Of a DNA stretch of 64,000 bases, positions 37,544-52,357 are shown piece by piece. This DNA comes from Schmidtea polychroa (lineage: Eukaryota). Where the stretch lies: positions 18,106,001-18,170,000 of the forward strand of contig CM097885.1 in assembly GCA_044892525.1 (NCBI GenBank), given 5' to 3'. Position 1 is the first letter of the stretch, and every line of letters begins with the position of its first letter. The position numbers were made by a program, and so were the translations under genes. Below the pieces are notes generated by a model that was given only the letters and a program-made list of their open reading frames with translations, was not told the DNA's origin and did not search any database.

Positions 37544-38765
37544 ATGATTTGTGGTAAATCTGAATTATGTATATTTGATAGACCATCGCCCCAGGCTGTA
37601 ATAAAATTTGGGGCTTTTGAGGAAGTTTTTCCTATGAATTCAATTACCGATAGTAGAAATGATATAGAGTTTTATATTAATGGTTCGCAAACTGAATATT
37701 TAGATTTGAACGATACTTTATTGACTGTTCAGATCAAGGTTGTAGATAAAGATAGAAAAGTTTTGGATGCCAATGCAGATGTAATACCGAACAATTTCCT
37801 GTTTCATACTCTTTTTAAATGCAGTGTTGGGATTTAATAATATCAAGATTGAGGGTGGAAATAATACATTCATTCACAAGGCATTAATAGAAACTATTTT
37901 AAATTACAATTCCGATACTAAAAATACATGCCTTACTCCTATGGGTTATGCAGCAGCAGATGATGAAAGAAAAAAGTGGGTTAAAGGCTCAAAGGTTTTC
38001 ACCATGTGCTCATCATTACAACTCGATTTTATGGATCAACCGAAATATTTACTACCGGGAGTTAATGTACATATTAGACTGAAAAGGTCTGATTCTGTAT
38101 TATCTCTTACTAGTGCAAATGGTGCACCAATATGTCAATTAGTTGATGCAAAATTATTGGTGAGAAGAGTTAGAGTAGACCCCTTAGTATTAGCTGGTCA
38201 TCAATTAGGTCTTAATTCAAAACATGCAATTTATCCATTAAAAACAAAGGAAATTGTACAATTCGCTATTGCTAAAGGTGCTTCATCATTCTATAAAGAA
38301 CAAATATTTGGTGACAGAAGAATGCCTAATTTTATTCTGATAACATTTCAAAGTGAAGCACAATATAATGGATCATATATTGCGTCCAGCTCAATTTTCA
38401 AAAACTTTGGTGTTACATCATTGACTTTGTCGAAAAATACTGATTATAGAGAAACATATATTCAAGATTTCGAAAATGACAATTACTGTGCGACATATAT
38501 GCAGAGTATTGTTAGAAATCTGGGTTATTTAGATAAAAATTTGAATTGTGGAATAACTCTAGAAGAATTTAAAAGCAAATACCCATTTTTTACATTTGTT
38601 TCAGCCCCTGATTTTGATTTAAATCAGAGTCAATTACCTCAAAATGGAAATTTACGACTGGATATAAAGTTTGCAAAAGCTATTACTGAACCAGTACATG
38701 TTACAATATATGGAGTATTTGAAAATGAAATTCAAATTACTGCAAATAGAACTGTGTTGGTATAA
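37544..38765 (+). pseudogene. Hexon, copy B, same frameshift
   Basis: Duplicate of 6401..7622. Confidence 0.85.
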
Positions 38766-38792
38766 ATGTATATTGAAACACAAAAAGTTGTC

Positions 38793-39176
38793 ATGGAGTA
38801 AGTTTTTTTATACTGTTTAATTTATTAAAGTAGTTCTGTTCAGGTTAATCGAATTGGAAAACAAATATTGGGAAATGAATTTGTTGGAGTTTTTCCTCTT
38901 GATAAAATTCCATATTTGAGCAATAATCAAGCAATAATCGTCAATACTCAATCGTCTCATCTTGGTGGAGAACATTGGATAGCTATATATATGAAACCTG
39001 GTAATATATTCGTGTTCGATCCTATGGGTTTTTATTACCCAGCTTTGTTGATATCAAAACTACAAACAATGGGGAAACCTATCGTGTATAATAAAACTAT
39101 GTTTCAAAATCCATTGACCCAAACATGTGGTCAACATTGTTTAGCTTGGTTGTTGTATAAAAAATTTGATGTTTAA
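38793..39176 (+). CDS. Adenain-like protease, copy B
   Basis: Duplicate of 7650..8033. Confidence 0.88.
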
Positions 39177-39212
39177 TAAATGTATCCTTTCCTTTGTTGT
39201 TGTGATTATTAA

Positions 39213-39249
<37 letters not shown>

Positions 39250-39303
39250 TTTTATTAAATTTATTATTATTATTATTAATATTATTATTAATATTATTAT
39301 TAA

Positions 39304-39343
<40 letters not shown>

Positions 39344-41186
39344 TTCAAAAATATTATTATTTTAAATTAGGTTTATTATTATTTAGATAAATATTATTAT
39401 CATTTTGTCATAAAGACATCACATGCATGGAGCATGCACAGTGCATGTTAACAAAGGCATGACTAACAAAGGCAGTCACATGAAATTTCAATGTGATTAC
39501 CAATGCATGCATGCATGTGTAGATGTAATATGATTGGTTTCTATGTGTGTGTGTCTAGATTCTCATTGGCTGGGACAGGAAAATATTCATTCTCTTTATA
39601 AACATTTACAAATCTAAAATTTGTCACAATTTTTTAAATATTTCAAATTCTAAATTTCAACTATTAAAATTTTTCATAATGGCAAAGAATAACAACAACA
39701 TATTAAGAAGTCTATTGACTAGTGGTAATTTTATTATTTATTTATTTATTATATTTTATTCTTTATTTTTTAGATGTGTTCGATTGGTATCAAGTTACTG
39801 AGGACGAAAGAATTCTGAATGTGGATAAGATTTTTGGTAATTTTAATATTTTTACTGTTTATAAAATTAATTTTTCATTTAGATCCGATTTTTATTAGCG
39901 ATGACGACGATGATGTCGTATTTATTGGGCAAACTAATGCCCCAGTTTCCTGTAAATTTTTCAATAAACAAAGTAAATTTATTTTATTTTAGTAAATTAT
40001 TTTTAAAAAACATTTTAGAGTTAAATGTCGATTTGGATGCAGATACCACAATTAATAATGATGAGGAAAACAATGTGGAAAATGCCCTCACTTTTATTGA
40101 GTAGAATAATGCCCTCACTTCTATTGAGGAGAATAATGCCTTCACTTTTATTGAGAAGAATAATGCCCTCACTTCTATTGAGGAGGTAGCTGATAATGAA
40201 TCTGATTCCGACATGGAATCACGATGTTAGTATTTATTTATTTTTATATATTTATTTTTATATATTTATTTTTTAAAAACCTTTTAAATTTCTTAAATAC
40301 TTTTAAACATTTTCTTAAAAACTTATTTATAAAAACTTATTATGAAAATGAAGAAAATATTATGATGAAATTGAAAATGTTATGATGACTAAAATGATGA
40401 AAATATTATGAGGAAGAAATGATGAAAATATTATGATGAAGAAAATGATGAAAATATTATGAAAATGTTTAAAAAGTTGCGATGTACTTTTTTTAATAAA
40501 CTATGATTGTATATTTATTATCTATATTATTTCGATTAGTTTTTAAAAATCAAAATTTTAAAAGTGAAAAAAACCTGACAGTGACAGATTAATAACGTGG
40601 GTAAGAATAAAAAAATTAATTCGCTCGCCGTGAACAAACAACTTAAACTTCTGGTCACTGTAAGCAAAAATAAATCTTGACTATCATTATTTTAGAAAAA
40701 TCAAATAAAAGTTAAAACTTCAAAAACTGCACTTTTTTCTTGAAAATTTGGAAAATATTGTGAAAACGGAAAGACGATAGATTTACATCATCCGGGTCAT
40801 AGTTAACCAGGAGACGGGAGACTCTCGGTAAAAACGGGAGAGTTGGCAAGCCTAATATTAATAGTAAAATTGAAATTTCATAAAATTGAAAAGCTCATTA
40901 ATTGAATTTTAATTAGGGTTCAAATTTTCCAAAAAAATATTCTTTTATATCAAAAAATGTACACAACATTTAAATTTCACTGACACGACTTTTTATTTAG
41001 TTTGAAATTCAAAATTCATTAATTTCTCAATTTAAAAATTTTTATGTTCAATATTTTAAAATGTTTGAACTATTTTGACGTAAGTTGTTTTACGAACTCA
41101 TTAAAATACTATATAACTTAGAAGTTGATCTACAATTTCAAAATTTTGTATATCAAGGTCACGATTTTTATTGATTAATAAGAAAA

Positions 41187-42944
41187 ATGTCAATTATTTA
41201 TCAATCGAAAATGCATCAAATGTGCCATATTGATCAAGAATTAAAAGATACAATAAAAAAAATTTCTTTTCCATTAATATTTGGTACAATTGGTTATGCG
41301 GGATATTGTTACTATCGTAGCAATCGTAACAATGCTCAGATTAAAGAAAAGCAAAAGGAATTAAGTCATAAGAAAAGTGAACTGTTGAAAAAACTAAAAG
41401 ATCTTGGAACTCCAATAAATAATATGGATAAGATTACGAATTTGAAATTGAGTGATTTACATGAAGCTATTGAAAAAGGAGAATTTACATCACTTGATGT
41501 TCTTCAAGCATACCAAGCAAAAGCTCTAATAATGGATAAGGAATATAATTTTATAACTGATTTGAATCCCAATGCAGAATTAGATATTTCTCGTGAATCA
41601 GTCGACAAGAAAATCATTAACATTCCAATAAGTGTGAAAGAATGTTTTGTGTTGAAACATTGTGATTGCACTAATGGAATGCTAGATCAAGTTTCTAATC
41701 CAGCAAAGGAAGATGAGATTATAATTCAAATTTTGAAGTTACACGGATTTATTCCATTTCTTAAAACCAATCTCAGTCAAGGTTGTCTTGCTATAGAATC
41801 TTCAAATCCTATATATGGGGAAACGTTAAATCCATTCAATAAAGGTCGAACAAGTGGAGGCAGTTCAGGCGGAGAGGGAGCTATATTAGGATGTGGTGCA
41901 TCGTTGATAGGATTAGGAAGTGACAGTGGAGGAAGTATTCGTATTCCTTCTCATTATTGTGGGATATATGGATTCAAACCCAGTTCACCAAGGATTAGTA
42001 AACGCGATTCCAAATGTATGTTCCCATATCCAAATTTCGTTTGTGAATCCTATGGGCCAATGGCGCGTCATATTGATGATTTAGTTGCTGTTTATAAAAT
42101 GATGACAAACAGAGATTCGTTTCAATTGGATCCATATTGCCCTCCTATATGCTTTAATACTAATGTTTTCGAAGACAAACGGCCATTAAAAATAGGTTAT
42201 TATATTCATCTAGGGGGCAGTCAGGTGACTCCAGTCCCAGCTGTAGAACGGGCGGTTTTGATGGCAAAAAAGGCATTAGAATCAGCTGGACACAAATTGG
42301 TGGAATTCCAAATACCAGAGGTTGATTCTGTAGTATTGGAATTATTTTTGAGAAGTCTATTAAATGACGGTGGTGAAGGTTTCAAAAAAGAATGTTTGAA
42401 AAATAATCCCGTTGATCACTGCATTAGAAATGTTGTTACAATATTAAAAATACCAAATTTGCTTAAAAAATGTTTAAGTTTTCTACTTTATCCATTCGAT
42501 AAGAGCTCGAGTATTTTATTGAATGCAACCATGGCGATACCTTCCGTTTATAAACTATGGCAATTTAAAGATAGGGTTATTGATTATCGCGAAAAGGTTT
42601 TAGTCCACTGGCAAAATGAGAAATTGGATGGTTTAATTTGTCCGACATTGCCAATATGTGCTCCACCATTACACAAATCTCAAGAGCTGGAAAGTGTTAC
42701 TACATATACATCAATCTACAATTTACTGGATTATCCAGCGGGATCTACACCTGTTACCACCGTAAATCAAAATGACATTGATAGCCTCCTGGCAAATTAC
42801 CCAAGAGATAGTAAAATCCACCGTAAGATTCTGGAATATCAAAAGGATTCTATTGGTATGCCCATAGGAGTACAAAGCGTCTCAATGATGTGGCGAGAGG
42901 AGGTATGCCTTAGAATTATGAAAGACATCGCAACAAATATCTAA
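41187..42944 (+). CDS. FAAH: Fatty-acid amide hydrolase-like amidase, intact, intronless, 585 aa
   Basis: N-terminal hydrophobic anchor; PISVKE (catalytic Lys), GGSSGGEG, GSDSGGSIRIPS (amidase signature), GMPIGVQ..WREEVCLRIM. Confidence 0.9.
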   Translation: MSIIYQSKMHQMCHIDQELKDTIKKISFPLIFGTIGYAGYCYYRSNRNNAQIKEKQKELSHKKSELLKKLKDLGTPINNMDKITNLKLSDLHEAIEKGEFTSLDVLQAYQAKALIMDKEYNFITDLNPNAELDISRESVDKKIINIPISVKECFVLKHCDCTNGMLDQVSNPAKEDEIIIQILKLHGFIPFLKTNLSQGCLAIESSNPIYGETLNPFNKGRTSGGSSGGEGAILGCGASLIGLGSDSGGSIRIPSHYCGIYGFKPSSPRISKRDSKCMFPYPNFVCESYGPMARHIDDLVAVYKMMTNRDSFQLDPYCPPICFNTNVFEDKRPLKIGYYIHLGGSQVTPVPAVERAVLMAKKALESAGHKLVEFQIPEVDSVVLELFLRSLLNDGGEGFKKECLKNNPVDHCIRNVVTILKIPNLLKKCLSFLLYPFDKSSSILLNATMAIPSVYKLWQFKDRVIDYREKVLVHWQNEKLDGLICPTLPICAPPLHKSQELESVTTYTSIYNLLDYPAGSTPVTTVNQNDIDSLLANYPRDSKIHRKILEYQKDSIGMPIGVQSVSMMWREEVCLRIMKDIATNI

Positions 42945-45612
42945 TGAAAATATTATTTTCCCAATTTTTAGTAATTATTTGAATTATGACTTCATTATTG
43001 TTGACTAGTGTGATAACAGTTATTATTAACCTATTATTTGTCTATTTATGAAACCTTTAGTATCGTCTGATTTATGATATGAAATACGATGTAAATGTTG
43101 CAGTTTAAATTGGTTAGGTTAATTTTATTTTTTTATCAATGTATGTTTTGTTTTAATCGGTCAATTTAATTGATTTTTTTATCGAAGTGCAAGGACATTT
43201 GGAAATGAGGTAATTATATTCCTTGAAACATTTAGTAATTCTTTTTAATAAATATTTCCACATCTATAAAATTGTAATTTAGTTTTTATTAATTCAATTT
43301 ATGTATTTCATTTCTCCCCTTCGGCCTTATGGCTAGTATGTATTATTAAAATAAAATTTGATTTTTTTTTACTAATCACTTCTCATAGGCCAATGTCATT
43401 CATGATTTACTACCTCGTAGTTTATAATGGTGACTGTGGGGCTAAAAATGTTTAGCGATTTTATTGTATGAAAGTGAATTCGTCTTTTGAAAATAACAAA
43501 ATAAAATAAAAATTCGATTCAAAACTTTAATCGCATATTAAACATTCGGAGTTACATATACATAAACTAATGCAAATCCTTAGTTCTTTAAGCTAGCACA
43601 AATTCAGATAAATTTGGTCTACCCAAAATTTCAGCATCAAATTGTGACTGAAATGCGTCAGTATTTATAGTCTCATTTTGGTGAGTGAGTATGTCTCAGT
43701 GCACTGATTTAGTAAGACAAATTTGAATTATTTTAATTCTGATTAATTTTCAATTATAATTTTATAAATTTTGATGGAAATTTTTTATACTTAATTGTTT
43801 ATTTTATTTTCTGATCTTTATATTTTATTTAATTTTAATTAATTGCGTCGCCATGATGGATATAGCCATTTTCTAGAATATTCGATGCTACTTTAATAAT
43901 TTGATTATATAATTCCTATTTCTTTTAATTCTTACGTTATTTTATTCTAGTTTGTGGTAATTTCATTTCTAAATTTTTATATTTTTACTTAACTTCAACT
44001 AACTTTTGGCGGCCATGATGGATTTCACCATTTTCATAGAATATTCTAGCATTTCCTATCATTTCAAATATAATTTTGACTCCTAATTCACCTTTTAATA
44101 ATAAATCTTTTCCGTTTTCATTCCTACTTTCTTTTATCGACACTGTTTCACATTGGTTTACTTCTGTTGTGCCTATGTTATTTTGTATCTGTTGAGGTTC
44201 TCAAATCTCAACTTGATATTTTCTATATAAATAAGAACACAAACACTGGTTCTATAAATTTATTTGATTATCACAATTACAAATTATATAATATAAAATT
44301 AACAATCACCTCAAAATTATCAGAATTTTTATATATATATGTATATGCGTGTGTATGTGTATGTGTATGTGAATGCTTGCAGCTTCCTGAGCTCGGATGT
44401 GTAAAATAGGTATGCTCTAAATTACATTGCAATATTGATTTCTGAATTTGCAATTCTTCTTGGAAGCTTTTATTTTTTGGGTGCTTTGACTGACTAAGTC
44501 GACTTATATATAAAATCCCTGTTGACACTCTATTTCTAATGTCAATACTGATAAAGTTCTGATAAAATCGATAGAATTTCTGTTTTAAAAGTGCAGATTT
44601 TAATTGTTACTATTTTTGGAATTATCCCTTTGTCCAGCATCTTTAATGTATTTTTGTTTCTCATTGATATAAAACAATTAATCAATAAGTATTCCTAATA
44701 ATTCAATAAAAGATTCAAACTATATGTTGATTTGAACAATGTCAAAATAATTTTCATTGTATTCGATTTTGTATGTCTTCATGATATTTTATTAAATAAT
44801 CAAATAATTTTTGTAATTTATCATCAGATAAGGGGGTTGTTTTTAGCTGAAATTCTTAGTTTTTTCAAATTGGCATATGTACTAGAAATTTCTATTGTAA
44901 TTTGTTTTGCGGCATTTGTAAAATTAGCTCTCTGTTCAATTAACTGCTGACGCTAAGATTTAATTGAACTTTTATTTGGAATGAGACTCTTACTCTTTTC
45001 TGTCATATCGATGACTTGAGCTCCTTCATTGGCATCAACAACAACAAACTATTAAAAGTGAAATTATTAATTTCGACATTTATTTGATATTTATTGACTT
45101 ACAAAAATTTCAACACTAAATACACCCGTTTGCGAAATATAACAGCCTATAATCTAAAAAAAAATCAATAAATATATATTATAGGAACACACAAACTTAC
45201 CTGTGTGTAAAAATTTAATGCTGCGAAAGTTAACATATTTATTATAGGAATCTAAAAAGTGAGAGAAAATCATTTAGCATACAAACACAGCACACATAAT
45301 GAAAAATACATACAAAATTAATAAAGTGTTTTTTTCGCGAAATTAACATTGATTAACATATAATTAACATATTAATATTTTCAAATTATTTAAAAAATTA
45401 TGCACAAAAAAACTTTTCAATCAGTTTCCGACTGCTCTACCTTGAGCTTTAGAGAAAAAGAAGAAAATACATCATAAGATTTAATTATAAAATAATTTAG
45501 AATATAAAATTTCTTTAGATTTACAGATATTGAAGAATGTCCTTCGACATCTTTGAATTTGCAGGAAAAAAATCGCAAATCGTAGCACTGCTTCCATGCC
45601 AATAATAATCAC

Positions 45613-45663
<51 letters not shown>

Positions 45664-45691
45664 GTATAAAGTGATGATTTCTTGGTAGCAG

Positions 45692-48372
45692 CATTTATTA
45701 TTTAAAACAATAAAGTGATAATTTAAGCCTTTTGCTGCGAATAATGTATTAAATGAAAAAATTAGTCGTTGTCAATCTCCTGGAATTTAGCAATCTCCTT
45801 CCCGAAAATACATTTCTATCTTTCTTTTATTTCTTTTTTCTTAATTCTCATTGGGTATAAATATAATATAATGATATACTTTCTTTTTTTTTAAATTTAT
45901 TATATTTTTTATATATTTTCAGTTATTCTCAAGGTCAATGACAACAGATCAAATTGATGATTTCATTGATTTCTTCTTTAGTGTTGATTTTTGGCCGTCT
46001 GTTTATGATGAGAATTGCTTCTTTGAATCTGACATTTTTCTTTTGGATGTTTCCATTAACTATGATTTCGATTGAAATATTTTTCTTCCTCTCTGTTGGT
46101 TGACATTGTTGCAGATGTCTGTTTATCGAGGATGTTCACCAGGATCTAGATGTTCTTTAACTCTTTGGTGCAAGGTCCTGAGTGTACTTCCAATGTTGAT
46201 TTCATTGCATACATTGCACGTGATGCAATAGACGATGTTTTTTCTAAAGCACATATCTTTTGGTGTCTGGGAGCTTTTCATTGTGCAATTGTTTTCTCTA
46301 TTTATGTTACCTGCCAGAGCCCTTCTCGATGTCCAAGATTTATGTGCTATCCGAATTGGAAGACCGGTACGTTTAAGTTCTTTCAGGATCTTGAAATTTT
46401 ATTTATTTATTAGAAAATTTAGAATTATTAGTGATGATGAAGCAATTCATGATGATGATGATTTTTCAGCTATTCATGATGATGATGATGTTCTAGCAAT
46501 TAATGAAGCAATTAATGATGATGATACAGAATCTTGCATTATAGAGAAACATACAAGGATGACAGCCGCATGTCACCAAACACCATCGAAATGAAGATCA
46601 ACAAAGTATGAAAAGTCATAGCTTTGGAAATGAAGCTCAACAACAGAATAACCAGCACTTTCGTCACAAAATTTCTGATCTTCCCAACTTCTACCACCTA
46701 ATTAAAACTCACAAAGAGGCTCCTGGTATCAGAATTAGACCTATAGTGTCCAACACAAATGGACCAACAACTAAAACAAGTTGGCTCCTTTCAAAGATCT
46801 TGAAACTTTTATTGGACACGATACCACCCCATCTTCAAAGCAGCGACTGCCTCGTGACAAGATTAAATAATAACATAACTTCTCATAGAGAATTCAAATA
46901 CTCATTCAGTCTTGATGCCGTATCACTATACACATCTATCGAACCAAAAGAGGCTATTCAATGTTTAGAAAATAAATTAAGAGAAAACAATTTGTTAATA
47001 AAGGAAATAAATATGGAGAATATCACCAAACTGCTTACTGTTATCCTCAAGAACACCTATTTTACCTTTGAGCAAAATATCTATAAACAAGTTAAAGGTC
47101 TGTCTTTGGGTTCTAGCATATCATGACTGCTAGCCATCATCTTTATGGATAACCTCAAACTACAGACACGGATACTATACAACCCATCGGTTTCTATGCA
47201 AGATATGTTGATGATATCTTCATCACGACTAAAAGCAGAAAAGAAGCGGAGGAAATATTTCATACATTCAATACGGTTCACCGAGATATTAAGTTCGAAA
47301 TCGAATATCCGGAATAAGATAGATCCCTCAATTTATTGGATTTTAGAAATAAAATAGAAGCAAATACTCCAACATACGGGTACTACAGAAAACCAGCTCG
47401 CAAAAAAATATTTATGCACCAAAGATCAGCGCTTCCATACTTACAGAAAGTACATGTCATAAGAAACGAGAAACGAATAATAACCAATAGATGCATTGAA
47501 GAAAACGAAAACTTAAAACAACAATCAAATTTCAATAAAAACCTACACAGAAACGGACACCAAGGTGAGGCATTGAAAGAATGAATTCTACCCCAAGAAG
47601 ATCTAGGGAATTAACACAAAAGAATCAGAAATATTTCTATCTTAATATCCCATTCATCAGTGACATACTCGACTTCAAGATCCTGAAAGAACTTAAACGT
47701 ACCGGTCTTCCAATTCGGATAGCACATAAATCTTGGACATTAGGAAAAGCTCTGGCAAAGAACATAAATAGAGAAAACAATTGCACAATATAAAACTCCC
47801 AGACACAGAAAGATATGTGCTTTAGAGAAAACATCGTCTATTGCATCACGTGCAATGTATGCAATGAAATAAACATTGGAAGTACACTCAGGATCTTGCA
47901 CCAAAGAGTTAAAGAACATCTAGATCCTGGTGGATCATCCTCGACAAACAGACATCTGCAACAATGTCAACCAACAGAGAGGAAGAAAAATATTTCAATC
48001 GAAATCATAGTTAATGAAAACATCCAAAAGAAAAATGTCAGATTCAAAGAAGCAATTCTCATCATAAACAGACGGCCAAAAATCAACACTAAAGAAGAAA
48101 TCAATGAAATCATCAATTTGATCTGTTGTCATTGACCTTGAGAATAACTGATAATATATAAAAAATATAATAAATTTAAAAAAAAAGAAAGTATATCATT
48201 ATATTATATTTATACCCAATGAGAATTAAGAAAAAAGAAATAAAAGAAAGATAGAAATGTATTTTCGGGAAGGAGATTGCTAAATTCCAGGAGATTGACA
48301 ACGACTAATTTTTTCATTTAATACATTATTCGCAGCAAAAGGCTTAAATTATCACTTTATTGTTTTAAATAA
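45692..48372 (+). mobile_element. Degenerate Penelope-like element, copy B
   Basis: Duplicate of 14543..17220. Confidence 0.9.
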
Positions 48373-49850
48373 TAATAATAATAATGATAATAATAATAAT
48401 AATAATGACAATAATAACAACAATAATAACAACAATAATAACAACAATAATAATAATTATTATTATTATAACAATAATAATTAAGAATAACAACTTAAAA
48501 AATAATAATAACACTCAGAAAATTTTAAATAAGAATATATTAGTATTATTCATAACTTTAAATAAAATTGTAAATTGGTTTATTTTTTAATATAAGATTT
48601 CCCCAAGAACCGATAAATCAATAAAAATAAAATATATAATTCCAGCTTGATAACATAACTTAGTCACATTCAAATTGGTAATAATCACAATATAATAATG
48701 TTTATCCCATTAATCACATAGATACATGTATTTTTTTCTATTATGTAATATTTAAGTTTCAAAATCTTTCGTGTTCGTCCATCTTCTAACATAACTTAAG
48801 ATTGCAAGGTTGTAATTTTTGATGGTTCATAAATTCCTTAGTTATGTAATAATTTTTAGTTATGAATCCCAAGGACATATATACTATCATAATTCAGTTT
48901 CTTAATTTTTCTACCCTTTCTTGAATTCTAACATAAATTATAAAGCGCAACTTCTACTTAATTTTTAACACACAGGTCAATAGAACTGTTTTTTTTGTTA
49001 TTTTTATATTATAAATGGTTTTTAAACAGGGGTATAATAAATGTTTCTAAGGCGCAATTTTTCTTATTTAATTTATTTTACGTTAATATTTTAAGTGTGA
49101 CATTGAATTTTATTAATATTACAAATTATATTTCATGCTTTTAATAAAATTATCTGTAAAAATATTTCTTAAAATTTCGTCAGAATAGAATTTTCTCTTG
49201 TTTTTAAAAATAAATTAAACTAAATTAAAATTTACTAAATTAAAACTGGTTATTTCTTTATATATGTTGAAAATGTTAATATAGTTAACGAGGTAAAGAT
49301 ACATTTTCAATTTAAACCGCACGCAGAATTCTCTAAATAAAGAATAGCATTCACTCACATTTAGGAACATTTAACCAAAGAACTAAATCAAATAGCGGTC
49401 CTCATCCTCAATTAAAATCATAAAAATTCTTTTACTTTCATAAAGGAGTAAAATTAAATTAAATTAAAAAATTAAAGTTTATTGAAACAATTCGTTCTGA
49501 TAATAATTTTTAATATATTTGATAACGATTCCTTCGCCTTAGAATAGCTTGATACCCTGCCTGTCTATAATAAATGAGAATGATTAAATTTAATAGAATT
49601 AATCTTATCTTAGATCCTTTCAACTCTAGCCCTTGAGATTTCAACGATATCTTTTTCATGTCTGATTGGAAATTATGAAGCACAACGGGGTCAATAAAAA
49701 TAGATAACAATATTAAGTTTATTAATTGATTAATTTAAATTAATTAGTAAGTTATTATTCCTCATTGGATCTATTATAAAACCTTAATAGAATATTCAAA
49801 ATGAATATGCTTATTTCCCCATTGTGCTTCACCTTTCCTCCAAACTTGAA

Positions 49851-51503
49851 TCAGTTATTGTCCTCTGTCAAACAACTCTTGTCAAATATATAACTTTTCC
49901 TAAGTTTATATTTCTTCAATATTCCATTGTTGTAATAATATCTAGAAAGTAAATATGATTGAAATGGAAAAGGTAAACAAATGAAAACCTCAAATTTCTT
50001 GACATGGATTCGTAAGTCATAGTTTCATTGCCTTGAAATATTCCCCATAAAGCGGCAATCTTTTTAGTATTTTTGATGATGAAAGATCCTTCTTGTTCGT
50101 CTATCCACGCGACTCCCATGTCATGTTGTCTTGCACATTTATCTTTTAGAACAAATAAGAAGAATTGCCACATTTCCATCCGACATGAAATGTTGTCACG
50201 AACGTTCTCAATAATTTCTATTTGTTTTCTTGTTAACTCAAAATAAAATTTCGATTTTTTCGGAATGGGTCTCAAACTGATGTCTTTTACTGATCTTGAA
50301 GGTTTTGAACATTTCCTGATGTCATTAGAGGAAGAGTCAGAAACTTTTTCATTATATCTATTATTTTGTAACTTAAGATTGGAAGGTTGTAATTTTTGAT
50401 GATTTATCAATTCCTTAGTTATGTAAGAATCTGCAGTCATGAATCCCGAGGACATATATCCACTATCATAATTCAGTTTTGGTAATTTATAATTATTATC
50501 ATTATTATTTTCATTTCCATCAAAATGGCAATTATCAAAACTTCTTTTTTTGTCAGTAGATAAAATCGAATTGTTTAATTCTTTCGGTTTGATTAGTCTA
50601 TGAATTAGTTTTGGTTTTTTCTTCGTATGAATTTGATTTTGAATATTTACAAAATCATTAGGAGCAGATTCATATACATAATTTTCAGTCATATAACCAG
50701 ACATGTTATTTGCCATTGGTGTATATAAATGGGCGTTGGAATAATTTGGATAGTTACTGTTAGGTAGACTTATATATCCGGATGGGATTCCGAAAGGTTG
50801 GGGCATAAATTGTAGGTCATTGTTATTGTGACTGTTGAATAATTGATGATTGTTGTTTATGTTCAATAAATTTTGATTCGAAATAAATTGGTTATTATTA
50901 TTATTATTATAATCATTTTGCAATGAAGTATTATTGTTTATTCCAAATGTCGATTCATATTGATTATAATTCTGATTGTAAGGATTATAAATAAAGTTAT
51001 TAGACATTGATGGGGTCAATGGATCTTGAGGAAGAGGTTGATCGATTAATGGACTGAACTCTAAAATAACAATGAATAAAGTCAGTGAATTTTTTAAATA
51101 TTACCAGGTAAATCTTTAATGATTTCATCGAATACTAAAGAAATTAGAACATATAATTTAAATGGTATACTTAATAAATTGCTTACGCTCATTGTCGGGC
51201 AAAAAGCTATCAGATTGATCTAAATTTAAATAAATTAAATAAAGTTAATTAAAATATTTAATAATTACCTTTAAAAATCTCGTCGAACCAAGCTTGATCA
51301 TCCTGGTTCATTGTATCTGAATGATGGATATTTCAATTAAATACTCATGATAGGATATATAATCTCTTACCTAATACATTTCCAAATAAATCACAGTTGC
51401 TTTGAAAATGATTTTTCTTGTTTAAATTATCGGTAATAATATTATTCTGAAACGATATATAAATTGAATATTATACAAATGATAAACTGACATTGTTTTG
51501 CAT
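49851..51503 (-). CDS. ETS transcription factor copy B, intact, chimeric between A1 and A2
   Basis: Same exon structure; A1-type variants on the left, A2-type variants on the right. Confidence 0.9.
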
Positions 51504-52357
51504 TTTAATCGTTTAGTTATTATTGAATCTGCGAATTCTTATATAGCAGAAATATTCAATAAAAATAAAGAATAGAAGGATTGAAATTTGAAAGGATTGG
51601 TTTTCCATTTTATTTGATATTGCTGCATAATACATTGAATTTCTTGTATAGATAGTTGTTTTATAAAATTGTTATCCATCTTGATTAATTTACAAATGAA
51701 ATTCATAGATTTTGGTAGGCTTGATTTTAATATTCGACACTTTCTAACAGAAGTTTATCGTTATCATATTAAAAATATTGATTTTTAAAAATCTTTGATA
51801 ACTCAAAATTGTCCTAGTAACAAATAATATGATGTCATATGAAATAACACTAATAAAATTTATTGATTGTTATTCCGGTTAACGATATTCAGTAAAATTT
51901 GTCGTTCAATGTTATAAAGTAAAATCATAATAATTTATATGTGAATATTAAACATTTGATCTACATTATTTTTATTGAATATTGTTAAAATTTATCGTGT
52001 TTCTGTTTGTAATTAATTAATTTTTTTAATATTACGCATTAATTTTATTATTTTCCAATGAGATTTCAATATGTTAACTGTAATTAAATAAAAATATGAG
52101 TTAAAATAACGATACTTTCCAAAATAATAAACAAGGCTGATATGATTTTTTTCACAAAAATGAAATAGGAGGGTGTATAAACGGGAGATTTGTTTAATAT
52201 GTTTCAATAAATAATTTTTAATGATCAAAATTATTCTGCTATTTTTGATATTTGTAATTTCGGTTACTTAGAAATATGTATGATTTAATTTCGAAGGAAG
52301 ACTGACATTGACAAAATTTGACATAAAACTTGTAAATTTAACGAACTCTATTATTAA

